Below, piece after piece: positions 45,083 to 53,953 of a stretch of DNA of 59,275 nucleotides; within the stretch, counting starts at the first letter, position 1; the number at the start of each line of letters is the position of its first letter. The stretch is from an uncultured Candidatus Saccharibacteria bacterium (GTDB taxonomy: Bacteria; Patescibacteriota; Saccharimonadia; CAILAD01; GCA-016700035), in contig CAZYFT010000004.1 of assembly GCA_964646575.1 (NCBI GenBank), positions 1-59,275 on the forward strand. The letters run 5' to 3'. Position numbers and translations under genes: made by a program. Under the pieces are notes generated by a model. It was not told the origin of the DNA and did not search any database. It worked only from the letters and a program-made list of their open reading frames with translations.

Positions 45083-46066
45083 ATGAAAGCTTTGAAGCGC
45101 CTCTTAACGACACTGTTATCGCTTACTATCACAAGTCTTATTGCGGTTTGGAGTATTTTAGCCATAGTTGGGTCTGCTACGGCTATTAATAAACTTGTTG
45201 TGGCGAGTGGTGGCTATGAGACAGCAGCCACTCAAACGAGAACGGCGATGCTGTCGAGTGCAAATATCCCTGAACAATATCGATCTATAATTACGCAGGC
45301 ATTTGAAAACAGCATAACAGCACAGCAAATGGAGACGATTGTGCAGCCACTGCTGGTAGATATTGTCGGTTGGCTTGATCAGCCAGCTGGTACGCCGGCT
45401 CCACAGCTTGTGGTCAATTTGAGTCCTCTTAAGCAGCGACTAGAAACCGAGTTGGCTCAAGCACAGATCTCAGAAATCGAAAAAACTGCCCTTGTGGCTC
45501 AGGTTGGCAAACAGATACCTGATCAGCTCGATCTAGCGCGGGCTCAGGGCTTGGCCACCCAGCAAGGTGTTGAGGCACAGGCTACTCCCCCGGCATCTGA
45601 GGCAGTTACGGTGCTCGGAACATTTAAGGGTGTGTATGCAGCTTTACAGACTTTTTCTCTAGTTGGTTTGGCTGCCATGCTTGCCCTACTGGCTGGGGTA
45701 ATTGTTCTGAGCCGGCGCGACGGTCGAGCCATGCTTCGACGGCCAGCTTGGGCGTTTATTTCTGCTGGGCTACTTGCAACTATCATATGGATTGTGAGTC
45801 GGGTCGTGCAAGTTGACCAAGCTCAGCCGACATTGGTAATTGCTTTGAGTGTAGCTCGCGAAATATCAGGTATTGTGGTTTGGTATAGTTTGGCCTCCAT
45901 AGTTTTTGGGGCGGCACTCTACGGGTTGTCGTTTTTATTAAGGTCAGCCGCGGTAACATCAGGTGCTACTCCGATTGCAGTACCGCCGACCACTAATATA
46001 CCGGTGCCGACCACAGTCCCTGGTAGCTCCCAACAAAATGGAGTCAAGGAGAATAATCTAAGCTAA
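45083..46066 (+). CDS. Hypothetical membrane protein (N-terminal TM, extracytoplasmic helical domain, three C-terminal TMs, Pro-rich tail)
   Basis: MKALKRLLTTLLSLTITSLIAVWSILAIVG, plus hydrophobic blocks at ~45.65-45.95 kb. Confidence 0.7.
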   Translation: MKALKRLLTTLLSLTITSLIAVWSILAIVGSATAINKLVVASGGYETAATQTRTAMLSSANIPEQYRSIITQAFENSITAQQMETIVQPLLVDIVGWLDQPAGTPAPQLVVNLSPLKQRLETELAQAQISEIEKTALVAQVGKQIPDQLDLARAQGLATQQGVEAQATPPASEAVTVLGTFKGVYAALQTFSLVGLAAMLALLAGVIVLSRRDGRAMLRRPAWAFISAGLLATIIWIVSRVVQVDQAQPTLVIALSVAREISGIVVWYSLASIVFGAALYGLSFLLRSAAVTSGATPIAVPPTTNIPVPTTVPGSSQQNGVKENNLS

Positions 46067-48111
46067 ACGATTCCGGTGCGATTTTTCCAGCGTGGTTTAC
46101 GTAACTCGTACTGAATAAGTGACGCAAACAGCATAATCATAATGGCAATATTGGTTATGGGTGCTGTTATTTGTAGCAGGAGGTCTTGTTTGGCCTCCAG
46201 GGCAATGAGTATACGTGTGAGCATGGCAGCACCTAGGGCAATTGCGATCGAGATGAGGTGTACTTGCGTGCCAACTATAAGACTGTATATAAGTACAATT
46301 ACTGGCGTTGAGAATACAAACGTACCGGCCAGTACCAGGAAAATTGTGAGCGGAAAATGAAAACGCAGGGCTGGATAAAAGCGTTGAAGATTATCGTCAA
46401 TAATCCCCCTGAGTCCAAGGTGGTTTTGACTGGTCGCTAGATCGCTGGCTCGAAACAATTGTGCATGTAAGCCTTTATGACGAGCGCGATGGAAGAGCTC
46501 CTGATCTTCTAGCGGGCTTGCCCTTACGTCTTCAAAGCCACCAAATCTACGTATTTTTGCGCTATCGAAAGCAATAATGGAGCCATGAGCAGTCGAACGT
46601 TCAGGCGCATGCTCTTGCAGGAATCCGCTGGGGTACGCCGCCAGCATGAGATATTGGTTGTGGCTGAGGATAGTTTTTTGAGCCAACGATTTGTTTTGGT
46701 CGGCAGAAAGTAGAGACAGCACATCGAGCTTTTCTTGTTCCAGGAGCATGGCAATTTGAGCAAGTGTATTGGGTAGGAGAACGGTGTCAGCGGAGATGAG
46801 CACCGCGTATTCCCCGGTAGCTTGCTTTAAGAGCTGGTCGGCTGCCCAGGCATCTACACCCCAGCCAGGTTCAATCGGATCAATGGTAATGATACGCAGC
46901 CGTTTATCGGTGAAATTCTCGGCAATTTTGCGCGTGTTGTCTTCACTACCGAGATCTGTGAAGAGCACTTCAAAATCGGGATAATTTTGTCCTAGTGCAG
47001 CTAGAAGTGTAGAGGAAATATTTTCGGCCTGATTATAGGCGTGCGTCATGATAGTAATACGCGGCCATTCATCGAGCCGCTGTGTTTTAGGACGACGAAA
47101 AACCACGAAATTATGCGCAATCAGTAGAATTTGAGCAATAGAGAATAGGGTGCAGAACGTGAGTATGTAGTCGATGCGTCCGGGGCCCAAATTAAATGGA
47201 TCGGCCAGATAGAGAATGAGCTGGGTGAGCCAAAACCCAACTACGCCGTTGAGCCACATAAAGTTGGTCCAGGCTCGTCTAAACTGCTTCGATTGCGCAT
47301 CTGATGAATATTTAAGAAACATGGCAGCATTTAACGCGTAAATCCCCACTAAGAGTCCAGCCATGAGTGAAGATGGAAGATACACTATGCCCGCTAGTAT
47401 GGCGCTTGCAATATACAGCCAGAAGGCAAAGCGAATGGTACGGCGTGCTCCCCACTGCGTGGCGATTGAGCGAATATTGGCAGCTCGGTCCGGAATAATA
47501 TCTTGAATGGCACCGAGTGCGTGGGAGGCCATCCCCCAGAGGAAGAAAGCTATCGTGGGAAGCCAAGCGATTGTTGCTTGGGGGCTCACTATAAAGCCAA
47601 AAACGGCCGGTAGTACAAAGTGCAAGGATGAGTTTATTGAGTCAAGCACCGGGATTTCTTTAAAACGCAGTCCCTTAAGTGAGTAGGTTACCGCCAGGAT
47701 TACGGTAAGGGCAAGCACGATTTTTCCGTTTTGGCCGATGAGCGAACCTAGCCATACGAGACTGACGATGTTTGTTGCAATGATTGCTCCCCACAAGGCG
47801 CCTCGGGCTTGCGGGGCAACGATCGACCCCTCCAGGCTGCCTTTGCGTGGGTTTTTGAGGTCGGACTCGTAATCATAAATATCGTTTACGCCATATACCA
47901 ATAAGTTGTAGGGCAGTAAGAAATACACCAGGCCGGCCCAAAATGATTGATCGAGCTGGCCGCCCGAGAGTAAAAAGGCGATAGCAAATGGGAAAGCGGT
48001 ATTAACCCAGCTAATTGGCCTTGATGCGGCGAGTATTTGGCTGAGTTTTTTTAGAGCCGGCGTTTGGCTTGTGGCCGGTTTTTTGTGATGCTGGTGATTT
48101 GCTTGTGTCAT
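46063..48111 (-). CDS. crtEb: Fusion protein: UbiA-type carotenoid prenyltransferase (lycopene elongase CrtEb/LyeJ-like), GT2 glycosyltransferase and C-terminal TM helices
   Basis: N-half: SRPISWVNTAFPF and VNDIYDYESDLKNPRKGSLEG (NDxxDxxxD), as in lycopene elongases. C-half from ~47.06 kb: ITIMTHAYNQAENISSTLLAALGQNYPDFEVLFTDLGSEDNT (GT2 fold). The start is ATG 48111 or 48150. Confidence 0.78.
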   Translation of the reverse strand: MTQANHQHHKKPATSQTPALKKLSQILAASRPISWVNTAFPFAIAFLLSGGQLDQSFWAGLVYFLLPYNLLVYGVNDIYDYESDLKNPRKGSLEGSIVAPQARGALWGAIIATNIVSLVWLGSLIGQNGKIVLALTVILAVTYSLKGLRFKEIPVLDSINSSLHFVLPAVFGFIVSPQATIAWLPTIAFFLWGMASHALGAIQDIIPDRAANIRSIATQWGARRTIRFAFWLYIASAILAGIVYLPSSLMAGLLVGIYALNAAMFLKYSSDAQSKQFRRAWTNFMWLNGVVGFWLTQLILYLADPFNLGPGRIDYILTFCTLFSIAQILLIAHNFVVFRRPKTQRLDEWPRITIMTHAYNQAENISSTLLAALGQNYPDFEVLFTDLGSEDNTRKIAENFTDKRLRIITIDPIEPGWGVDAWAADQLLKQATGEYAVLISADTVLLPNTLAQIAMLLEQEKLDVLSLLSADQNKSLAQKTILSHNQYLMLAAYPSGFLQEHAPERSTAHGSIIAFDSAKIRRFGGFEDVRASPLEDQELFHRARHKGLHAQLFRASDLATSQNHLGLRGIIDDNLQRFYPALRFHFPLTIFLVLAGTFVFSTPVIVLIYSLIVGTQVHLISIAIALGAAMLTRILIALEAKQDLLLQITAPITNIAIMIMLFASLIQYELRKPRWKNRTGIV

Positions 48112-48406
48112 GGCGAGAGTAAAAATAGTTCCACAGTGTGGGTCCTGCATACAATGCTACCACCAAGTAGGCCAAATCTTCTATCGGCCAGCTGACTATT
48201 TTAAATCCGAGCACCTTTGCCCAATCATACCGTACGATCGCGAGGCTCGTGAGATAGGTGTTAAACACTACCATCATGAGATATAAGGTAATTCCGGCAA
48301 GCAATAGATGTTTTCTGGGTTTTGGGTTGGGATCTAAGCGTTGCACAACAAGAGCTGCGATTAAAATAAAAACACCGTTTAGCAGAATATAGGTTAGCTT
48401 TTCCAT
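48011..48406 (-). CDS. crtYf: Lycopene-cyclase-domain small membrane subunit (CrtYf-like)
   Basis: 131 aa with ~3 TM helices and a PxE(E/D) motif (WPIEDLAYLVV). The start overlaps the upstream stop (TAATG). The last ~33 codons overlap the crtEb frame. Confidence 0.72.
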   Translation of the reverse strand: MEKLTYILLNGVFILIAALVVQRLDPNPKPRKHLLLAGITLYLMMVVFNTYLTSLAIVRYDWAKVLGFKIVSWPIEDLAYLVVALYAGPTLWNYFYSRHDTSKSPASQKTGHKPNAGSKKTQPNTRRIKAN

Positions 48407-48750
48407 TATTTGTACCTCGAAACGTAATAGCGTTTGCTGGCCGCATCAATAATGAGCACGGAGTACACAAGTAACACAAGAAAGAAAATTTCTTCGATTG
48501 GGAGGTTTGGTGTACCAAGGTTTATACCTAGGGTATAGTGTGGATTTGTATAGAAGATGCCCAACAGTATTCCGGCAATATCCCAGACAAGGAAAAAACC
48601 TACCAACGTGGCGATGGTGGCGAGTGTTGCTTTTTTTGCTCTCGCATTCTTCCAGGCTACAAGTTTCCAGCGTATATCGCAGAGGATAAGCCCTGCGATG
48701 CTTACCAGCAAGATGACGGCATACGTCCATTGGGTCTCGAGTAGTTGCAT
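48406..48750 (-). CDS. crtYe: Lycopene-cyclase-domain small membrane subunit (CrtYe-like)
   Basis: 114 aa with 3 TM helices and a PxEE motif (LPIEEIFFLVLL). Confidence 0.8.
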   Translation of the reverse strand: MQLLETQWTYAVILLVSIAGLILCDIRWKLVAWKNARAKKATLATIATLVGFFLVWDIAGILLGIFYTNPHYTLGINLGTPNLPIEEIFFLVLLVYSVLIIDAASKRYYVSRYK

Positions 48751-48760
48751 ACATCTATAG

Positions 48761-48766
48761 TATACT
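48761..48766 (+). promoter_or_regulatory. -10 box TATACT (overlapping TATAGT) 8 nt upstream of the crtI ATG, in the divergent crtY/crtI spacer
   Basis: TATAGT at 48756-48761, TATACT at 48761-48766, ATG at 48775. Confidence 0.35.
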
Positions 48767-48774
48767 GCTTTCTA

Positions 48775-50298
48775 ATGAAAAAGCAGACGAAGAAAAAGAC
48801 TCAGCGCACTGCAATTGTGGTTGGCGCCGGTATTGGCGGGTTATCGGCCGCTGCTCGCCTGGCTAAAGATGGTTGGAAGGTCACCATACTTGAGAAAGAG
48901 GCGTTGATTGGTGGTCGAGCTCACCGTATCGATCAAGATGGCTACCGGTTTGATACGGGCCCGACAATCTTGATGATGACTGATGTTCTCTACGATACCT
49001 TTGCCTATTGTGGTAAGAATTTTGACGACTACATCGACCTTCAGCAGCTTGAGCCAAATTATCAGGTTTTCTTCCCCGATGGACAGACAATCGAGGTAAG
49101 CTCAAATTTGCCACGGTTTGCCAAGGAATTAGCAAAAATTGACGAGAAAGCTCCGGAGCAGTTTTACCGTTATTTTGCTGACGTGGCAAAAATCTATCGC
49201 CTAGCTCGCAGCCAGTTTATTGATAAAAACTTCGACAAACTCACGGACTTTATTAATGTAAAGGCTGGTCTTCAGCTGGCTAAGGGTCGCGGCCTGTATA
49301 GGCTCTATAATTTTGTATCGCGTTATTTTACCGACCCACGTTTGCGTCAGCTTTTTTCATTCCAGTCTATGTATCTTGGTGTGACACCCTATGAAGCTCC
49401 GGCTGTGTATTCTGTGGTGAGCTATATGGAGACTGGACTGGGCATTTGGTACCCCAAGGGCGGTATGCATGCGCTTCCGCGGGCCTTCGGTAGGCTTTGT
49501 GAGGATTTGGGTATTGAGATTCGCACGAAAACGCCAATTGACGAGATCCTTGTTGAAAACAAACAGGCGGTTGGGGTGAGGTTATCTGATGGAACGCGCC
49601 TCGATGCGGATATTGTTGTTTCAAATGCTGATCTCACCTATACCTACAAGAAGTTACTAGCACCCGAGCATCGCAAGCGCTATCCGGATCAAAAAGTCGA
49701 TAAACTCAAGCAAGCTTCTAGCGCGATGTTGTTTTACTGGGGAGTTGATCATGATCTCGATGGACTTTTGCATCACAATGTGTACTTTTCCGAAGATTTT
49801 AAGCATAATCTCGAAGAAATTTTCCATGAGAAGATTCTGCCAGACGATCCGGCTTTCTATTTGTATATTCCAACCAAGACTGACCCAAGTTTGGCGCCAA
49901 AAGGTAAGAACGTTCTCTATGTTCTGGTACCGGTGCCAAATCTTACGGGAGATGTTGATTGGGATAAAGGCGTCGAAAAGATTCGCAAGCGTGTCTTGGA
50001 GCGCATGAAGACTGTTTTAGGTCAGGATGTAGAAAAGCATATCGAGACTGAGGCAATATTTACTCCGGAGGATTTCTTGACGCGATTCAATCTCACAGAT
50101 GGTTCGGCTTTTGGTTTGAGTCACCACTTTTTTCAGTCGGGTTATTTCCGGCCACATAACGTGAGTCGCGAAGTGAAGGGATTGTATTTTGTTGGTGCCT
50201 CGACCTATCCCGGTAGTGGTGTACCAATGGTTACCTTATCTGGTAAGCTAGTTGCAGAACGGATTGAAACAGATGTCAAAAGTGGAAAAATCACCTGA
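48775..50298 (+). CDS. crtI: Phytoene desaturase
   Basis: FAD-binding fold AIVVGAGIGGLSAAARLAKDGWKVTILEK and C-terminal YFVGASTYPGSGVP. About 507 aa from ATG 48775. Confidence 0.9.
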   Translation: MKKQTKKKTQRTAIVVGAGIGGLSAAARLAKDGWKVTILEKEALIGGRAHRIDQDGYRFDTGPTILMMTDVLYDTFAYCGKNFDDYIDLQQLEPNYQVFFPDGQTIEVSSNLPRFAKELAKIDEKAPEQFYRYFADVAKIYRLARSQFIDKNFDKLTDFINVKAGLQLAKGRGLYRLYNFVSRYFTDPRLRQLFSFQSMYLGVTPYEAPAVYSVVSYMETGLGIWYPKGGMHALPRAFGRLCEDLGIEIRTKTPIDEILVENKQAVGVRLSDGTRLDADIVVSNADLTYTYKKLLAPEHRKRYPDQKVDKLKQASSAMLFYWGVDHDLDGLLHHNVYFSEDFKHNLEEIFHEKILPDDPAFYLYIPTKTDPSLAPKGKNVLYVLVPVPNLTGDVDWDKGVEKIRKRVLERMKTVLGQDVEKHIETEAIFTPEDFLTRFNLTDGSAFGLSHHFFQSGYFRPHNVSREVKGLYFVGASTYPGSGVPMVTLSGKLVAERIETDVKSGKIT

Positions 50299-51361
50299 AC
50301 TAGCTGCTGCCATTGCCCATGTAAAGGGGTTGACCGATCGCGAGTTGGCAATTTTCTTTGACTTGCGTGCTTCCGAAGCTGGTAAATATGATGCGCAATA
50401 CAAACGTTTGCTCTTAGAGATGAAAAAATTCTCATTGCGTGGTGGTAAGCGTTTGCGTCCATTTATGACCTATCTCGGCTATAAGCTGGGTGGCGGTAAA
50501 AATGATGAGGCTTTTGCACGGCTGGCACTAGCCTGGGAGGTATATCACCTCGGAGCCCTCATTCATGACGATATTATGGATCAGGATGATCGCCGTCATG
50601 GTGGACTCAACGTTGCAGGGGTGTATGAAAAGCAGCTCAAGCGCAAGTTTTCGGATGAAGTTGCCCATAAGCACTCACTCAATGCTGCCTTAATGGCCGG
50701 CGATGCTGCACTTTTAATGGCTGTGGAGCTCATTACGACCATTCCGACCGAACCGGAGACTCGCGACCGATTACTATCTGACTTCTTAAAGATGCATTTT
50801 AGATTGGTGGGGGGACAGTTTGTGGAAGATTTTGCAGCTTTAGAGCCCAAGCTGACCCCGCAGCAAATTCGTAAGATATATGTAAATAAGTCCGGTAATT
50901 ATTCTATGGTGGCTCCGCTGCGATCAGGCGCAGTATTAGCGGGTGCGAACGATACGATTCTTTCAATACTCGAGCGCTATGGTCTTCATGCAGGTGTAGC
51001 ATTTCAGATTACTGATGATCTGTTGGGGATGTTTGGATCGGCGAAAGAAATTGGGAAGCCAACAATTACAGACCTTCGTGAAGGTAAGCGCACGCTACTT
51101 ATGCACTATGGTGAAAAGTTCTCAAATGAGGCCGATCGAGCAGTGTTGGCAGCAAAATTTGGCAATCCAAATGTAAATACTCAAGACTTAAAGTTAGTAC
51201 GAAAGCTTTTGACTGACAATGGAGCGAAGGCCAAGACGATTTTTACTGCACAGGCTGAGGCAGACGCTGCGCGCAAAGCAATTTCAAAATTGGCATTGCC
51301 TGGAGAACTGCCAAAATTATTTGATGATCTAACGCAGTATCTCACTGGAAGGAGCAAGTAG
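50273..51361 (+). CDS. crtE: Polyprenyl (geranylgeranyl) diphosphate synthase
   Basis: First Asp-rich motif LIHDDIMDQDDRRHG and second motif FQITDDLLGMFGSAKEIGKP. The start is ATG 50273 or GTG 50282, overlapping the crtI end. Confidence 0.88.
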   Translation: MSKVEKSPELAAAIAHVKGLTDRELAIFFDLRASEAGKYDAQYKRLLLEMKKFSLRGGKRLRPFMTYLGYKLGGGKNDEAFARLALAWEVYHLGALIHDDIMDQDDRRHGGLNVAGVYEKQLKRKFSDEVAHKHSLNAALMAGDAALLMAVELITTIPTEPETRDRLLSDFLKMHFRLVGGQFVEDFAALEPKLTPQQIRKIYVNKSGNYSMVAPLRSGAVLAGANDTILSILERYGLHAGVAFQITDDLLGMFGSAKEIGKPTITDLREGKRTLLMHYGEKFSNEADRAVLAAKFGNPNVNTQDLKLVRKLLTDNGAKAKTIFTAQAEADAARKAISKLALPGELPKLFDDLTQYLTGRSK

Positions 51362-51366
51362 ACTAC

Positions 51367-52212
51367 GTGGAGGGCAGCTTGAAACAGAGTTATCAAGCGT
51401 GTCGCCGTATCACCGCTCAAGCCAGTTCTACATTTTATTTAGCCTCGCTATTATTTGAGGGCGCCACTCGCCGAGATATCCAGGCCCTCTACGCATTTTG
51501 TCGTGTTGCCGATGATATTGCTGATTCTACAACCTTATCGTCGAGTGAAAAGCGTAGCAAGATTTCGGCAATGCGAAACGCAATCATACAGCGCAAGACC
51601 CCAGATGTGGAGCCAGCAATTTGGGCGGCAGTTTGGCATGTGAGTGATGAGTATGTGTTGCCGCAAGCTGAATTGCTTGAGGTTTTGGATGGCGTTGAGT
51701 CGGACATATCGTTCAGTCAACCAAAGACACTCCGCGATTTAGACACCTACAGTTACTATGTAGCGGGGGTGGTGGGCATTTTAAGTGCCCGTATTCTGGG
51801 GGCGACAAGCAAGCGTGGCTTTGAAGCTGCCAAAAATCTCGGCATCGCCATGCAGTACACGAATATTATTCGCGATGTGGCGAGCGATACTTCTCTTAAG
51901 CGCACGTATATTCCACTGAGCTTAGTTAAGAAATATAAGCTAAACAGTCGTGACGCCACACAGAGTGATCAGCTTCATCTTGCAATCGCTGAACTTTCAA
52001 ACCGTGCTCAAAGCTTTTATGACTTAGCGGCGCCCGGTATCACCGATATTCCTACTCGACACCGTAAGCCTGTCCAGGTTGCTTTTGAGTTGTACCATGG
52101 CATCCTCGAACGAGTGAAGCAAAAGCAGTATAATGTGAGTATCGGTCGTGTTCGCCTTAACCGCTTGAGCAAACTACAGGTTGTGTGGCGGGTGTACACC
52201 GGCCAATCATAA
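51367..52212 (+). CDS. crtB: Phytoene synthase
   Basis: FCRVADDIADS and YTNIIRDVASD motifs of the squalene/phytoene synthase family. GTG start 6 nt after the crtE stop. Confidence 0.9.
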   Translation: MEGSLKQSYQACRRITAQASSTFYLASLLFEGATRRDIQALYAFCRVADDIADSTTLSSSEKRSKISAMRNAIIQRKTPDVEPAIWAAVWHVSDEYVLPQAELLEVLDGVESDISFSQPKTLRDLDTYSYYVAGVVGILSARILGATSKRGFEAAKNLGIAMQYTNIIRDVASDTSLKRTYIPLSLVKKYKLNSRDATQSDQLHLAIAELSNRAQSFYDLAAPGITDIPTRHRKPVQVAFELYHGILERVKQKQYNVSIGRVRLNRLSKLQVVWRVYTGQS

Positions 52213-52216
52213 ATTT

Positions 52217-53632
52217 ATGCCGAGTCAGAATTCATCTCCAAGTTCACAGAGCCCTCGCGCCAAGCGCATGGTGACAGTTGACGGTGTCCGTTATTCGCTC
52301 AATACCGGCGATAAGCTTGGGCCAGCAGTTGCGCGACGCGTAGAGGTAACGACTAGGCCACCGTCTGCGTCACGGCGTGCCGCCAGAGTGGGCGATAAAC
52401 CGCTACCAAAAGCCGTTCGAGTAACTGGCCACCAGCAGGCCGTCATGCATCCCGACCCTAAGTTGGCTGCGGCTCGCGTATTGCACCCTCATGGCGTCAC
52501 ACATCCAGCCCTTCCGGTTTCGCATCAGATACAAAGCCAGCAGAAACAGGGTTTGTGGAGGAGTGTAATCGCGCCATCGCTTTCTGAAGGGCGTACTAAA
52601 AAAGGCATACTGGCAAGTCTTGGTATAGTTTTACTTTCACCAGTCACCTGGCTCTATGTGCTATTGCCAGCACTCGTGTTTACTCTGGCCGAGTTGCAGC
52701 AGCAGCCAATTGCCGAGCTGTATGGGTCGACGGTGCGACAGCTGCAGGCAACCAATCCAGCCACGGCATTTTGGGTAGTTTTTGGGGCGGCAATATTTCT
52801 GGCAATTTTATGGTTTGCACGTCACTTATGTTTGATCGTAGCGTATGGTATTTCGGCTCGCAAAATTGATCATCGCGCAACCAGTGCACGACATTTATGG
52901 CTGCAAGCTGCCGGAAAAATTTGGCGCTTTGTAGGCATAGCTATTTTTGATTTTCTGTTTGTCGCCGCCGCGCTGGTTGCTTCAGGGTTGGTAATAAGCT
53001 ATGCCTATGGTGGCCGGATCGATTTGGATGCTAGCTGGAGCTTGATTTTTAATCTTGGTCTCATGGTTGCTCTCATGCTAAGTTGGCTTGTCGCGACACA
53101 TCGACCAATTACTCGAGTAATGTTAGCCCTGACAAACCGTCCGGCCAGCTTTATTATTGTTCGTTCGTTTGGGCTTATTTTTCGCAATTGGGTACGCTCT
53201 TTAGCCCTAGGCTTTTTCTGGCTTTTTATGGCAGGAATCACAGCTGCCCTTGTGGCTGGAATAAGCTGGGCGACGGTGGTATATGGGTTGCTGCAAATTA
53301 CCACCACTACTGGTAGGGCTGTATTATTTGTGTTCGCGGCCAGCTTAGTGCTGTTTGTGCTCTCGCTCTTTACTATTTGGTCGGTGAGTTATTGGCCGCG
53401 AGCCTATCACTGGCTGGCTCGAAGGGCCTATCCAAAGCAAGTCTCCCAGATGATGAGTGACGCTCAGCACCAAAAAACGCGTAAGCGAGTGATTGGTGAA
53501 GTGGTGATTTTGCTCACCCTATTTGCGGTTCTGATGTCGATTATATTCTTTGTTGGTAAGCCGTGGTTCGTGGGATTGTATGAGCGTAACGTACAATCTT
53601 TGCCTTCTTCTGCGTTGGAGCTGATTAAGTGA
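52217..53632 (+). CDS. Hypothetical polytopic membrane protein with a basic N-terminal region, 5 nt downstream of crtB
   Basis: ATG 52217, ~140 aa of basic or low-complexity sequence, then at least 7 TM helices. No motif was recognised. Confidence 0.7.
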   Translation: MPSQNSSPSSQSPRAKRMVTVDGVRYSLNTGDKLGPAVARRVEVTTRPPSASRRAARVGDKPLPKAVRVTGHQQAVMHPDPKLAAARVLHPHGVTHPALPVSHQIQSQQKQGLWRSVIAPSLSEGRTKKGILASLGIVLLSPVTWLYVLLPALVFTLAELQQQPIAELYGSTVRQLQATNPATAFWVVFGAAIFLAILWFARHLCLIVAYGISARKIDHRATSARHLWLQAAGKIWRFVGIAIFDFLFVAAALVASGLVISYAYGGRIDLDASWSLIFNLGLMVALMLSWLVATHRPITRVMLALTNRPASFIIVRSFGLIFRNWVRSLALGFFWLFMAGITAALVAGISWATVVYGLLQITTTTGRAVLFVFAASLVLFVLSLFTIWSVSYWPRAYHWLARRAYPKQVSQMMSDAQHQKTRKRVIGEVVILLTLFAVLMSIIFFVGKPWFVGLYERNVQSLPSSALELIK

Positions 53633-53753
53633 TGTTTCTGGCGGCTGTTTTTGTACGCAAGGGATTGACTTATACAGATAAAATAGGTAGAGTAGTAAGG
53701 CAAAGCCCCGGCGGCTTTTTTAAGTTGCAAGCAAGTTTTGAAAAGTTGATAGT

Positions 53754-53939
53754 ATGAAGAAAATTACTCGCTATATCAAGAGTTCGATTGACGAGCTGAA
53801 GCGCGTCATCTGGCCGACACGCAAGCAGGCAACCATTCTTACGGTTGTAGTGCTTGGGTTTACAGCAGCAGTTGCGCTGTACTTGGCATTTTTCGACTAC
53901 ATCTTTCGACTCGGACTTGAGCGCCTCATCAGTCGATAA
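53754..53939 (+). CDS. secE: Preprotein translocase subunit SecE
   Basis: 61 aa: ELKRVIWPTRKQATILTVVVLGFTAAVALYLAFFD, with a single TM, immediately upstream of nusG. Confidence 0.87.
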   Translation: MKKITRYIKSSIDELKRVIWPTRKQATILTVVVLGFTAAVALYLAFFDYIFRLGLERLISR

Positions 53940-53953
53940 TAAGGATTTATTAC

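Noticed and set aside
53665-53720. A possible small transcript (TTGACT-N17-TAGAGT promoter followed by a weak AAAGCC/GGCTTT hairpin and T-run) upstream of secE.
   Set aside because: The stem has only three G-C pairs. The hairpin is more simply the terminator of the upstream membrane-protein gene. The evidence is insufficient for an ncRNA call.
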